Shown in pieces: positions 11,670 to 26,281 of a stretch of DNA of 64,000 bases. Within the stretch, counting starts at the first letter, position 1. Every line of letters begins with the position of its first letter. The stretch is from the human T2T-CHM13v2.0 reference genome, Homo sapiens, in NCBI RefSeq assembly GCF_009914755.1, contig NC_060937.1. One strand, given 5' to 3'. The position numbers and the translations under genes were made by a program. The notes below the pieces were generated by a model, which saw only the letters and a list, made by a program, of their open reading frames with translations, searched no databases and had not been told where the DNA came from.

Positions 11670-14600
11670 CCCTTCCTTTTCTTTCCTTTTCTTTTTCTTC
11701 TCATTATACTTTAAGTTCTGGGATACATGTGCAGAACGTGCAGGTTTGTTACATAGGTATACACGTGCCATGGTGTTTTGCTGTACCCATCAGCTCGTCA
11801 TCTACATTACGTATTTCTCCTAATGTAATCTCTCCCCTTGCCCCCCCGCCCCCGATAGGCCCCAGTGTGTGATGTTCCCCTCCCTGTGCCCATATGATCT
11901 CATTGTTCAACTCCCACTTATGAGTGAGAACATGTGGTGTTTGGTTCTCTGTTCCTGTGTTAGTTTGCTGAGAATGATGGTTTCCAGCTTCATCCATGTC
12001 CCTGCAAAGGACATGAACTCATTCTTTTTTATGGCTGCATAGTATTCCGTGGTGTATATGTGCCACATTTTCTTTATCCAGTCTATCATTGATGGGCATT
12101 TGGGTTGGTTCAAGTGTTTGCTGTTGTGAATAGTGCTGCAATAAACATACGTGTGCATGTGTCTTTACAGCAGCATGATTTATAATCCTTTGAGTATATG
12201 CGCAGTAATGGGATTGCTGGGTCAAATGGTATTTCTGGTTCTAGATCCTTTAGGAATTGCCACACCGTCTTCCACAATGGTTGAACTAATTTACACTCTC
12301 ACCAACAGTGTAAAAGCATTCCTATTGCTCCACATCCTCTCCAACATCCATTGATTCCTGACTTTTTAATGATTGCCATTCTAACTGGCATGAGATGGTA
12401 TCTCATTGTGGTTTTGATTTGCATTTCTCTAAAGAGCAGTGATGATGAGTTTTTTTTTATACGTTTCTTGGCCGCATAAATGTCTTCTTTTGAAAAGTAT
12501 CTGTTCATATCCTTCACCCACTTTTTGATGGGGTTGTTTGTTTCTTGTAAATTTGTTTAAGTTCCTTGTAGATTCTGGATATTAGCCCTTGTCGGATGGA
12601 TAGATTGCAAAAATTTTCTGCCATTCTGTATGTTGCCTATTCACTCTGATGACAGTTTCTTTTGCTGTGCAGAAGCTCTTTAGTTTAATTAGATCCCATT
12701 TGTCAATTTTCGCTTTTGTTGCCATTGCTTTTGGTGGTGTAGCCATGGAGTCTTTGCCTATGCCTATGTCCTGAATGGTATTGCCTAGGTTTTCTTCTAG
12801 GGTTTTTATGGTTTAGGTCTTACTTTAAATCTTTAATCCATCTTGAGTCAATTTTGTATAAGGTGTAAGGAAGGAGTCCAGTTTCAGTTTTCTGCATATG
12901 GCTAGCTAGTTTTCCCAAAACCATTTATTAAATAGGGAATCCTTTCCTCATTGCTTGTTTTTGTCAGGTTTGTCAGAGATCAAATGGTTGTAGATACGTG
13001 GTGTTATTTCTGAGGCCTCTGTTCTGTTGCATTGGTCTATATCTCTGCTTTGGTACCAGTGCCATGCTTTTTGGTTAGTGTAGCCTTGTAGTATAATTTG
13101 AAGTCAGGTAGCATGATGCCTCCAGCTTTGTTCTTTTTGCTTAGGATTGTCTTGGCTATACGGGCTCTTTTTTGGTTATATGAAATTTAAAGTAGCTTTT
13201 TTCTAATTCTGTGAAGAAAATCAATGGTAGCTTGATGGGAATAGCATTGACTCTATAAATTACTTTGGGCAGTATGGCCATTTTCATGATATTTGTTCTG
13301 CCTATCCATGAGCATGGAATGTTTCTCCATTTGTTTGTGTCCTCTCTTATTTCTTTGAGTAGTGGTTTGTAGTTCTCCATGAAGGGGTCCTTCACATCCC
13401 TTGTAAGTTGTATTCCTAGGTATTTTATTCTCTCCATAGCAATTGTGAGTGAGAGTTCTCTCATGATTTGGCTCTCTGTTTGTCTGTTATTGGTGTATAG
13501 GAATGTTTGTGATTTTTGCACGTTGATTTTGTATCCTAAGACTTTGGTGAAGTTGCCTATGAGATTAAGGAGTTTGGGGCTGAGGCAATGGGGTTTTCTA
13601 GATCTACAATCGTGTTATCTGCAAACAGAGACAATTTGACTTCCTCTCTTCCTATTTGAATACCCTTTATTTCTTTCTCTTGCCTGATTTCCCTGGCCAG
13701 AACTTCCAATACTATGTTGAATAGAAGTGGTGAGAGAGGGCATACTTGTCTTGTGCTGGTTTTGAAAGGGAATGCTTCCAGCTTTTGCCCATTCAGTATG
13801 ATATTGGCTGTGGATTTGTCACAAATAGCTCTTATTATTTTGAGATACGTTCCATCAATACCTAGTTTATTGTTTTTAGCATCAAGGGTGTTGAATTTTA
13901 TCGAAGGCCTTTTCTGCATCTATTGAGATAATCATTTGTTTTTTTTCATTGGTTCTGTTTATGTGATGGATTACGTTTATTGACTTGCATAGGTTGAACC
14001 AGCCTTGCATCCGAGGGATGAAGCTGACTTGATTGTAGTAGATAAGCTTTTTAATGTGCTGCTGGATTTGGTTTGCCAGTATTTTATTGAGGATTTTCAC
14101 ATTGATGTTCATCAGGGATATTGGGCTGAAATTGTCTTTTTTTGTTGTATCTCTGGCAGGTTTTGGTATCAGGATGATGCTGGCCTCATAAAATGTGTTA
14201 GGGAGGAGGCTTTTCTTTTCTATTGTTTGGAATAGTTTCAGAAGGAATGGTACCAGCTCATCTTTGTACCTTTGGTAGAATTCGGCTGTGAATCCATGTG
14301 GTCCTGGGCTTTTTCTGGTTGGTAGGCTATTAATTACTGCCTCAATTTCAGAACCTGTTGTTGGTCTATTCCAGCGTTCGACTTCTTCCTGATTTAGTCT
14401 TGGGAGGGTGTATGTGTCCAGGAATTTATCCATTTCTTCTAGATTTTCTAGTTTATTTGTGTAGAGGTGTTTATAGTATTCTCTGATGGTAGTTTGTATT
14501 TCTGTGGGATCAGTGGTGATCTCCCATTTATTGTGTCTGTTTGATTCTTCTTTCTTTTCTTCTTTACTGGTCTGGATAGTGGTCTATCTATTTTGTTAAT

Positions 14601-17600
14601 CTTTTCAAAAAATCAGCTCCTGGATTCACTGATTTTTTTTGAAGGGTTTTTCGTATCTCTATCTCCTTCAGTTCTGCTCTGATCTTAGTTATTTCTTGTC
14701 TTCTGCTAGCTTTTGTATTTGTTTGCTCTTGCTTCTCTAATTCTTTTAATTTTGATGTTAGGGTGTCGATGTTAGATCTTTCCTGCTTTCTCCTGTGGGC
14801 ATTTAGTGCTCTAAATTTTATCTCAAAACACTGCTTTAGCTATGTCCCAGAGATTTTGGTATGTTGTGTCTTTGTTCTCATTGGTTTCAAAGAACTTATT
14901 TATTTTTGCCCTTATTTTGTCATTTATCCAGTAGTTATTCAGGAGCAGGTTGTTCACTTTCCATGCAGTTGTGCGGTTTTGAGTGAGTTTCTTCATCCTC
15001 AGTTCTAGTTTGATTGCACTGTGGTCTGAGAGACTGTTTGTTATGATTTCCGTTCTTTTGCATTTGCTGCAGAGTGTTTTGCTTCCAATTATGTGGTTGA
15101 TTTTAGAGTAAATGCTATGTAGTGCTGAGAGGAATGCATATTCTGTTGATTTGGAGTGGAGAGTTCTGTAGATGTCTATTAGGTCTGCTTGGTCCAGACC
15201 TGAGTTTAAGTCCTAAATGTCTCTGTTAATTTTCTGTCTGGTTGATCTAATATTGACAGTTGTGTGTTAATGTCTCCCACTATTATTGTGTGGGAGTCTA
15301 AGTCTCTTTGTAGGTCTCTAAGAACTTGCTTTGTGAATCTGGGTGCTCCTGTATTTGGTGCATATATATTTAAGATAGTTAGCTCTTCTTGTTGCATTGA
15401 TCCCTTTACCATTATGTAATGAATGCCCTTCTTTGTCTTTTTTGATCTTTGTTGGTTTAAAATCTGTTTTATCACAGACTAGGACTGCAACCCTTGTTTT
15501 TTTTTTTTTTTTTTTTGCTGTCCATTTGCTTGGTAAATCTTCCTCCATCGCTTTATTTTGAGCCTATGTGTGTTCTTTGAATGTGAGATGGGTCTCCTGA
15601 ATACAGCACACCAATGGGTCTTGACTCTTCATCCGATTTGCCAGTCTGGGCCTTTAAATTGGAGGATTTAGCCCATTTACATTTAAGGTTAATATTGTTA
15701 TGTGTGAATCTGATCCTGTCATTGTGATGCTAGCTGGTTATTTTGCCCATTTTTTGATGCATTTTCTTCATAGTGTTGATAGTCTTTACATTTTGGTATG
15801 TTTGTGCAGTGGCTGGTACCAGTTTTTGTTTTCCATATTTAGTGCTTCCTTCAGGAGCTCTTGTAAGGGAGGCTTGGTGGTGACAAAATCCCTCAGCATT
15901 TGCTTGTCTGTGAAGGATCTTATTTTTCCTTCACTTATGAAGCTTAGTTTGGCTGGATATGAAATTCTGGGTTGAAAATTATTTTCTTTAAGAATGTTGA
16001 ATATTGGCCCCCACTCTCTTCTGGCTTGTAGGGTTTCTGCAGAGAGATCAGCTGTTAGTCTGATGGGCTTCCCTTTGTAGGTAACCTGACCTTTCTCTCT
16101 GGCTGTCCTTAACATTTTTTCCTTCATTTCAACTTTGGTGAATCTGATGATTAGGTGTCTTGGGGTTGCTCTTCTCGAGGAGTATCTTTGTGGTTTCCTG
16201 AATTTGAATGTTGGCTTGTCTTTCTAGGTTGGGGAAGTTCTCCTAGATAATATCCTAAGGTGTGTTTTCCAACTTGGTTCCAATCTCCCCATCGTTTTCA
16301 GGGACACCAATCAAACGTAGGTTTGGACTTTTCACATAATCCCATATTTCTTGGAAGCTTTGTTTGTTCCTTTTCATTCTTTTTTCTCTAAACTTGTCTT
16401 CATGCTTTATTTCATTAAGTTGATCTTCAATCTCTGATATAATTTATTCTGCTTGATTGATTTGCCTGTTGATACTTGTGTATGCTTCACGAAGTTCTCA
16501 TGGTGTGTTTTTCAGCTCCATCAGATCATTTATGTTCTTCTTTAAACTGGTTATTCTAGTTAGCAATTCCTCTAACTTTTATCAAGGTTCTTAGCTTCCT
16601 TGCATTGGGTTAGAACATGCTTCTTTAGCTCGGAGGAGTTTGTTATTACCTACCTTCTGAAGCCTACCTCTGTCAATTTGTCAAACTCATTCTCTGTCCA
16701 GTTTTGTTCCCTGGCTGGCAAGGAGTTGTGATTCTTGGATCACAACTTGGATGAGAAGAAGCATTCTAATTTCTGGAATTTTCAGCATTTTTGCCCTGGT
16801 TTTTCCTCATCTTTGTGGATTTATCTACCTTTGGTCTTCTCTGTTGGTGACTTTCGGATTGAGTTTTTGTGTGGATGTCCTTTTTGTTGATGTTGATGCT
16901 ATTGCTTTCTGTTTGTTAGTTTTGCTTCTAACAGTCAGGCCCCTCCTCTGCAGGTCTGCTGGAGTTTGCTGGAGGTCCAGTCTGGGCTCTGTTTGTCTGG
17001 GTATTATCAGTGGAGGCTGCAGAACAGCAAAGGTTGCTGCTTGCTCCTATCTCTGGAAGCTTCGTCCCAGAGAGGCACCTGCCAGATGGCAGCTGGAGCT
17101 CTCCTGTGTGAGGTGTCTGTCAACCTCTGCTGGGAGGTGTCTCCCTGTCAGGAGGCATGGGGGTCAGGGACCCACTTGAGGAGGGAGTCTGTCCCTTTGC
17201 AGAGCTCGAGTGCTGTGCTGCAAGATCCGCTGCTCTTTTCAGAGCCGGCAGGCAGGAACGTTTAAGTTTGCTGCAGCTGCGCCCACAGCCGCCCCTTCCT
17301 CCAGGTGCTCTCTCCCAGGAAGACAAGAGTTTTGTCTATAAGCCCCTGACTGGGGCTGCCGCCTTTCTTTCAGAGATGCCCTGCCCAGAGAGGAGGAATC
17401 TAGAGAGGAAGTTTGGCTACAGCAGCTTTGTGGTGCTGTGGTGGGCTCCTCCCAGTCTGAACTTCAAGGTGGCTTTGTTTACATTCTGAGGGGAAAACCT
17501 GCCTACTCAAGCCTCAGTAATAGTGGATGCCCCTCCCCCGACCAAGCTCCAGCATCCCAGGTTGACTTCAGACTGCTGTGCTGGCAGCGAGGATTTCAAG

Positions 17601-18148
17601 CCAATGGATCTTAGCTTGCTGAGCTCCATGGGGGTGGGATCCTCTGAGCTAGACCACTTGGCTCCCTGGCTTCAGCCCCCTTTCCAGGGCAGTGAATGGT
17701 TCTCTCTTGCTGGCATTCCAGGTGCCACTGGGTTATGAAAAAAACCTCCTGCAGCTAGCTTGGTGTCTTTCCAAACGGCAGCCCAGTTTTGTGCTTGAAA
17801 CCCAGGGTCCTGGTGGTGTAGGCACCTGAGGGAATTTTCTGATCTGTGGATTGTGAAGACCGTGGGAAAAGCATAGTATCTGGGCCAGAATGCACTGTTC
17901 CTCACGGCACAGTCCCTCAGGGCTTCCCTTGGCTAGGGGAGGGAGTTCCCTGACCCCTTGTGCTTCCCAGTTGAGGTGATGCCACACCCTGCTTCGGCTT
18001 GCCCTCCGTGGGCTGCATCCACTGTATAACCAATGAGATGAACCAGGTATCTCAGTTGGAAATGCAGAAATCACCCACCTTCTGCGTTGGTCTTGATGGG
18101 AGCTGCAGACCAGAGCTGTTCCTATTTGGCCTACTTGCTTGGGAATCC
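11670..18148 (-). mobile_element. Full-length degraded LINE-1 (L1PA7-like, L1PA6-8 range)
   Basis: 3' UTR at left (TTATACTTTAAGTTCTGGGATACATGTGCAGAACG), fragmented ORF2/ORF1 on the minus strand, 5' UTR to ~18148. Confidence 0.95.
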
Positions 18149-20002
18149 CTGCAGTTTCTTTTCCCATTCTAAATAAATATTCACTTTTGCAACTAAATTC
18201 ATACTTATGATTTTATATTATTTTTCTTGAAGAGGGTCCATCAAATTGTATAAGCTCCAGGTGTTCACAAAACCTGAAGAATCATGAGTACCCTGCACCT
18301 ACCAGGTATATGTTAGTGGGTTTTTAAACATTGTTTCTTGGTGACCTGTGCCAGGATCTTGGGAGGGGGGTGGGAATGCTTCCAAAAAAGGGAAGTTCAG
18401 TGGAAGAGATGTGGGACACAGAGAACCCAAGGCTGCTCTGCTTGGTGATCCCATAGGAGCTAAGCAAGTGGAAGGTGACCAGATGATGATCTCTGACTTT
18501 CCCCCTCCTCCTCCTGATGTGGAGAAAGTTGGAGAAAACAGAAGAGAGGCCAAGTCCATACCAGTATCAGAGGGTATGGGGAGGAATGTAGGAGGAACAG
18601 GAAGACAGAGGTCCTATGAAGTGTCCAAAGAACTCTTTAGACCACACCCCAAGGATCTCTTGAGCACAAAGGAAGAATTTGAGGCTGGGTTATGACAACA
18701 AGCTTTGCTGGTGATGGGGATGAGAAACTTGTCAAAGACTACTTTTGAAAGCTACACCTCTCAATTATACTCGGGGCAATGCCAAGGGCTGGCTTGGGGA
18801 AACTTCTATAGCCCCCTATAATCTTTATCGACCTCACCTGAATCTAAAAAGTGTATTTGTTGTGCAAACACAGCTTCAGGACAACTTTCCTAGCCCATCA
18901 CTTCCAACAGTCCATTGGACCTAAATCCCTGTCACACAGACACTTCCATGTCCACTCGCTGGTGACTGGAGTCTTGGTTGTTGTCATGATAAGGCCTTCC
19001 ACAAGATGGTGCTCTTAAGTTTTGTTTTTAAATTTTTTTTTTGTTGATAGATTGATTACTATGTCGATATTTTATTGAACACCTACTTTGTGGTAGCATT
19101 GTTCTAGGAGGTGTTATAGATACAAGCTAAGCAAAACAGACTAAATTTCTGTTTTCAAAAAATTTTAAAAAGTTGTGATTTTTATGCTCTCAAGGTGAAA
19201 CTGAACAGTGATGTAAGTGTCCCCATTTATGTTGCTGATATTATGCTACATTTCCGACAGTTGCACATTTTTCTTTCTCTAGACTGATGTGGCCTGGAGG
19301 AACTATAGATTCTTTTATTATTTGGCTGGGGAAAGAATTACCTTTTATCTGTCTGTGTAAGCTACCTTTTGAGATCCATCCTTTCGCCAGGGAAACACCA
19401 AATCTTAATTTGAATAATTCCAAATTGTTGCTAAACACCAGCTGATCATTCTAGGGTCTCAGCTTTGGGTTTGCCTGACATCTGAGTAAATTCATGGCTC
19501 CTTTTAAAGAAAAATTCTGATAGGTCTTTCAGGTATCCCAGTGACCTGCCTTCAAGTAAGGGTGAGATGGACTTTGATCTGGGTGAGAATTTATCAGACT
19601 CTTTTGCTTTCATAAAAAAAAAGTTGGTCCTGCTATTTGACCATCTACCCCAGAGAACGCATACAAAGAGTTCATCCTTGCCAAAGGCAAATTTGAAATC
19701 ACAATTGCAAGAGACAGGCCTGAGGTCCATGTGAACTGCCCATTCCTTCAGGTTCAGTAAGCTCTACGCTTGTTCCAAGTTAGATTCCCGAAGGCAACAT
19801 CTTTCAGGACATTTACTATACTAGCTTGGCTGCTTCCAGAAATGCCTTTACTTAGCTATGATTGAAGAGTATGCCCTTGATTTTTATTGCAGGCTAATAT
19901 AAAAATGGTCTTAAAACAAATGTTTCTATACTTTCGGCAAAAAGATCTGTTAAAGCCATCCACCTTACAATTCCATGTTTTTAGTGTAAGGATTCACAAG
20001 AA

Positions 20003-20970
20003 CCCCAGATTTATATCTAACCACCTGCTCGACTTGACATTTCTACTTGGATGTCCTGTAGGCATATCACATCTAATGGGGCCCAAACTGAACTCCTGAT
20101 CTTCCCCCAATGATCTGCTTCTCCTTCAGTCTTTGTTATTCAGTAAACAGCAGCTCCACTGCTCAGACCAAGCAACCCACAACCATCTCGAGTCCTCTTT
20201 CTCTCTCTCCGCACGTGCAACCTATTATCAAGCCCTGTCGCCTCGAGCACAGTCCAGAATCGAATGGTTTCTCATTACCTTCTCTGGACTGGGACCTGTC
20301 ACAAGTTTCCTAACTGACCCCTCTGCTTCTGCCCTTTGTTCCCCTACATCCATGCTCAACATAGCAGCCAGAACCATCCTTTAAAATGCGTCTGGTGCTA
20401 ACACTTCTCCACTCAAAATCTTCCCGTGACTTTCCATCTTCTTGGGAGGAAAATCCCCAAGGTCTCCACTTCCCGTCCTTCCCTGCCCCACCCCTGACTT
20501 GATGTCCTCATCATCTGTTCCTGATTCATGTTGCCAAGCCACACTGGTCTCCTGTGCCCCCATCTCTGGGCCTGGGCACTTGCTTTTCCTTCTGTCTGGA
20601 AGACTCTTCCCTAGATATCCACACAACTGCTGCCTCTTCCCCTCTGCGACTCTCCTCAAATGTCACCTTCTCAATGGGGGGTTTCCTAAACCCCATGTAT
20701 TGAAACTGTATATAGGAGGCTGTATGAAAACTGCAGCCCCTCTCTGAGCTCTCTCTTTTCTCCCATCCAGCTTTACTTTTTTTCTACAGCACTTATCACT
20801 CTCTGACCCATGATGTATTCTATTTATTGTCTGTCTTGTCCGACTGGAACGTGAGCTCCCTGGAGGTAGGGATTTTTATCTGTTCTGTTTTGTTCACTTC
20901 TGTATTCCAAAACCTACTTAGAACAGTGCCTGAGACATAGTAGGTTCTCAATACATATTTATCGAATGTA
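20003..20970 (+). mobile_element. L2a 3' portion
   Basis: CTTGGATGTC...CCAAACTGAACTCCTGATCTTCCCC; ends TAGAACAGTGCCTGAGACATAGTAGGTTCTCAATACATATTTATCGAATG. Confidence 0.85.
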
Positions 20971-21185
20971 TAATTAAATTCTCATGGAATTTAGTGTCAG
21001 GAGAAAAAAGATATTTCATGTTAAAGCTGCATGTCCTCAGGAAATATAATTGATGTGATACATTTTGTAATTTATTTTTGGTTTTACTACTAGGAAGCTC
21101 AAAGTCAAATATAGGAGGAATTAGAATTATGGTTTTGTCCATGGTCTCTAGCTTAGTCATCTTCTTCCTTTATATGGTGGATGGG

Positions 21186-21352
21186 TTTTTCTTTGGCGAT
21201 GGAGTTTCACTGTGTCATCCACGCTGGAGTGTGGTGGCTATTCACAGGTGTGATCATAGTGCACCACAGCCCTGAACTGCTGGGCTCAAGTGATCCTCCA
21301 GCCTCAACCTCCCAAGTAGCTGGGACTACAAGTACATGCCACTGCACCCAGC
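21186..21352 (-). mobile_element. FAM (fossil Alu monomer)
   Basis: Single monomer retaining the 7SL-derived segment GGCTATTCACAGGTGTGATCATAGTGCAC. Confidence 0.8.
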
Positions 21353-21817
21353 TCTCTGTGGTTTTTATTACCCTCCCTTTCCTTTTAACTTTCATTTGAA
21401 CAGCTTCGTGCATAGGTATATCCTCAGGTAGTATTCATGGACCTTTTAGGTTTCCTATAAATATTTGTCAAGTGAATGCATTGCAAGCCATTTTAATTTC
21501 TTCTGGATATAAGTGGGAGATATATATATATTTATATATATAAATAATACGTTATTAATGATCTATGATATAACTAAAAAAAAGCAATGGGCTAGAAAGG
21601 AGTAGAAGGTTATTAGGGGAGGGGAGGTCGATGGGAAAGAAGCTTTCCTTGTGATTTACGGCTGGGGTGAGTATAAGATTTGTCATCCAGCCTGGGACCC
21701 TTATGGCAGTGAAGATATGAATAATTTTGCTCAGACAATAGGCATGAACTGGGACCATTCCCAGTGGGAATGTGATAACTAGGCAAACATCTGTCAAACT
21801 AGGACAAATGGCAAAAG

Positions 21818-21912
21818 TTTCCAATAGGAGTTTAATAACGTTTTAGCAGTTCCAAAGGTTTCCAATAGGAGTTTAATAACCTTTAACAAAGGTTATGGTT
21901 TACCAATAACAG
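21818..21912. repeat. ~41-bp-period short tandem duplication
   Basis: TTTCCAATAGGAGTTTAATAAC at 21818 and 21859; degenerate third unit near 21898. Confidence 0.85.
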
Positions 21913-24900
21913 TACAAATGTATTCTCACTTTTTAATCTTAGTCAAGAGTTTATTTAACCTTTCTTATTACCAAACCTTACTCAAGACTCATTTACAACT
22001 CAGAATAGAATTTTTAAAACATTCATTAGTTAGGCTGAAGTTCAGAAAAGTAAGACTAAGTAAAACGGTTTTCATTGCCAGGACGAAACAAAAGCCACCG
22101 TGAGGTGCCACCAGCACTGAATAGAGATATGTTCCTCTACATTAGAAAAGAGTTTCAAAAGCAGATTAACTTTTGTTGTTGTTTCTTTTCTCAGCATTGA
22201 CTTTGGCAGAGCATTTTTAAAACCTGGTAAAGAGGAAGCAGTGAAAAGCAATAGAATCAAAGGGGACAAACAGAAGGATACCAAATAGAGTTACTCCCTG
22301 GAGCTCAGAGAAATTCTGCTGATTTCCACAGGCAGCACTCCCACCCTGAGTTCCTGGGTGCACTTTGAGCTAGGTCTGGTGTTTGCCTACCCCTGAATCA
22401 AGGGGGAAGTGAGCTGACCTCACTTCTCTTCCTGCCTTCTGTTGCTCCTTCATTTCCAAAGCCAGGCTTTCTCTCCTCTTCAGCCACTGGCCTCGAAATG
22501 ACTCATTCAAAGGCCAATTCCTTAGGTTGCTGGTAGTAATAAGAGACCCCAGAGCCTAACTGAAGTTTCCAGAGATAACATCTATTGCTTTCTAGCATCT
22601 GCCTGTTACACTGTGGAGCCAAATGAGGTTAGGCTGATAGCAATTTATTTTTCACAAAACCAAGCTGATGGCTTCTCTTTACCTCATATTGTTCCAATGA
22701 CTGCAAACAGACTTGGGGAAAATCCATTTTAACATTGGTCCAGATATTACAGTTTGGTAGAATACTCTAAAGTTGCCAGGGGCACCTTTTTTCTTTACAA
22801 AGCAGGGTACTACCTTTATCTTCTTTTAGAGCCCAGGCACGGGGATGGGACAGGGGGCTTGCTTTAACCCTTATCAGGGTCTTACTCGTACTAGGTTCTG
22901 TGCATCATGTCCTGCTTAGTGGTAAGGCTTCTCAATTCTTAGTCTCATTTGGATTTCCATCTTCTCATTTTAAGAATGAATGGCTCTGACAATAGAAACT
23001 CAGATAACTTTTTTCTAAAGAACAACAGGGGCAAACTAGGTTTTGAAAATCCTGTCTTTTCATATATTGATAGTCAGTGTTTCCTCCCCCAGGGCAGTGC
23101 TTCCTTTGGTCCTTCTGTAATTGAAGAATGAAAGAACACCCTCCAGGATGAATAGTTCCCTTATGTGTCTTCAAGCTCTTTGCCTCATCCAGCCATAAGA
23201 AGTTGTACCCCAGGGTAACCGAGGCTAGGGATTATCTACAGGCCCAGAAATATAAGAAGAACAAACAGATCAGCACATTGCTATCTTGGCTTTACTGTAC
23301 AGAGCCCTTAACCACATTTGAGAGTGTCATAAGAAAAAAATAATCCCTGAATAGTTAAAAAGAAAAACAAAGAGAAAGAAATCAAACACCATGTGGATCT
23401 CTCTCTTTGGTTGTACAGCAGATCTAATTCTGCTGTACGTGGTGGCTCATATAGAAGTTTTTTTTTCCTTCTTGTGTTATATCCTGCCTAGAAAATTTAA
23501 ATCTCTTAATAAGCTAAAGGGTAAAGAGGTGTGCTTCAAGTTCCTTTACCTTATTTTTAGCAGGGTGATCAGCTTGCATTTGTGACACTCACAAGCTGTA
23601 TGTGCCTTTGTAGGGAGCCAAGCACAATATGTTCCTTGTGGATTGGAGGGACTGAGCTTCAGTCAAGCACCCTACTGTGGGGGTCACTGACTGAGTCCCT
23701 TGAACAAGGCAGATAAATGCCAACCACAACAACACTGCTTCTCTGGAAGCAAACTCGGGGGATGTCTGGTCTGAAGCAAGCTCAGCGGTTGTCCCAGCCC
23801 AAGAGCCCTCTGCTACCACCCTGGATGGACCAAGCCCCTTCTTAGACATAGATGACCCCATAGCTTCCAAGGAAAATCCTGAGCTGCCCCAATGCTGGTG
23901 GCAATTGGTAGCAAGCCTTCTTTACAGTTCTTCCTGGATCCCGTTGGAGAATCTCCCTGGAAACTGATGGAAGGAACCTCTTATGGTGCACTTATTTGCC
24001 GCAGGGTTTCTTGTTCTCTGCTCGTATAGTGATTTGGGGTAGAGGTAAACTTTGTATCATCAGCATTTAAGGATGATCAGATTTAACTGTATCCAGGGAT
24101 TGAAAGAATTTTTCAAAGCTTTTCTCCCCTGGCCACACTGAGCAAAGAGAACATTGTCTTTTAGGAATCAAGAAACATTTTGCATCTCAAGGCAAAGCTT
24201 TGCTGTAATAAAAAGATGATATGAGCTGCCAGTTAGCTCAGGCTGCTTTTGGATGTAAGGTCTGTGAGGCATAAGCAGAGTGCTTCTAAATTGAGGGCAG
24301 GTTCATTGCAGGGTGTGAGCATGGATCTGAGGGCAGTGTTCTCAAGGCAGGGATAAACGGAAGGCTCCGTGGAATCTGGCCGCTCCATTTGTCTACACTC
24401 TCACTTGGTTCAGCCAGGCGGATGATGAGCCACAGTGTAAAATAAAGAGACTTTGAATTATTATCGCAAAATGTGAACAGTTTTTATAACCTGTTCTAGG
24501 GGATGATGAACTCATCAAGGGAAGAAAGTTGCCTGGCTCCAAGAGAGCAGAACTGTGATTGGATGCCTGCGTTCCAGTGATTATAGTTCCTTTTGATGCA
24601 GTTAGGATTGGGAGCGAAGGTCAGAGTGGGTATTTCAGTAGATATATGAGAGTGGATTTTGGATATAAATTATGCAACACTGGAAGTTCAACACAGATAC
24701 AAACTGAGCAGCTCCTTCTTGGTGTTTGGGGATTTATGACTGATTTGTGGTCTGCTTATGAATGGGAATAGGTCGCCCTTCAGTTATGAAAGTATTTTTC
24801 ACGTTAGGATGCTCATAATTAATTAGGGGTTCATGTGGTGGGGTCAGGATGGGAATGCTTCGTGTTTTGACCCCCTAAAGCTGTGTTCCTGCCAACAAAG

Positions 24901-26281
24901 CCTCAGTGATAGATTTCTTTCATAGTTCACAAAGGAATTATTAGCTCTTGTCTCTGAGTACCGCAGGAAGCACTTTTATGGCTCCATTTAAGTCAGAGCT
25001 TGTTCAGGTTATGGTTGGGAAGCTGATTTTTCCTAAGACAAATCATACAGTATATTTTGTTTCAATCCGAGATTTAACATTGAGACTCCTGGGTAATGCT
25101 TTTATTTTCTAAACATTTGGGATATAATTGATTTAACTTTTCCAATAGGAGTTTAATAAGAATTCTAAACAACTCAGCCTTTACCTGGCTGAGCTAATTA
25201 AATGAAGGGAAACTAGAAGCTATGTACCAGCCAGGAATTATTACCACTTGGTTTACTAATCTGTGTCCCTTTCAGATGACAGCCTGGTGGCTAAAGCTGT
25301 GACTTGAGTTCTTTCTGAAGCAGCAGAAGCCCCAGGAGCCAAGGTCATTATTTTTGCATGAGGTATTTATTGCTAAACATAAATAGTGAGAGGGCTGGGT
25401 TCTTGGACAAGTCAAGACTTTATTTTGAGCCCCAGAGGGTGGCTCCCCATATCTCATTGGAAAGATGACAACTTAAGTCAATGAAAGACTGGTTGAAACC
25501 AGTACAGAGGACTATCTATGAAGACCTGTTTTCTGTTCCAAGCCTGTTAAGATCCGAGGCAATCTCATCTTAGAGAACTTTTATTTCTGGAACTCTGAGT
25601 GGCAATGCCCACTGGTTATGTTCATTTGTTCCTGAAACAGTGTGAGAATTTTGTACTTAAGTGTCCCAGAGTGCACACCAAGACACAACTACCCAGCAAT
25701 ACGGTAGGCTTTTGGAGTCTGCTATTATGGTTTGCAGGTTCAGTATGCAAAATTCTATCTTCCATGTCATTATCCACATTGTTTGCCGTGCTGCAGGATT
25801 TTTTTTTCTCCTCTGCACCAGAGGGGTACATTTCTCTATTTCTTCTTTGTAGCACACCCCTCACTTTGCTCGTTTCATTTCTTTTCCCTTTGCTCTCATT
25901 CACTAGCTTCATGATTCTTTGAACAGTTTATCTTCCCTCTTTTACACAGTAGAAACAGACAAGGTGGCGGAGGGGTGGAACGAGGATGCAGAGAGAATAA
26001 TAGATCCTATTGACTAGGTACTTTTAGGTGTATGGCCCTGTTCTTAGTACTTTACATGTGTTTTGTCACTCAAATTTGAAGAGCAGAAGCAGCCACCAGC
26101 CTTGGATTCAACAAGGAACTTTGAAGCATTTGAGGGCAACACATTGGAGAGTGAATTGGTTCAAGCACGACCAAGAACTGTGTTGGCATCCTCTGGTGTG
26201 TCAGCCTGGGGAACCCAGCCAGACCATGCCACAGTAGCCCCTAGGGCAGGCGAGAATATTATGAGAATTAGGAAAGGAATG

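Noticed and set aside
10753-11872. Overlapping 116-165-aa ORFs around the CpG-rich element
   Set aside because: Low-complexity, GC-driven open frames; one runs into the L1 3' UTR; no recognisable protein.
11655-18170. TSD for the first L1 (TGCAATTT vs TGCAGTTT)
   Set aside because: Too short and degenerate to call.
21818-21880. CRISPR-like repeat-spacer-repeat appearance
   Set aside because: Only two adjacent units, primate genomic context, no cas genes.
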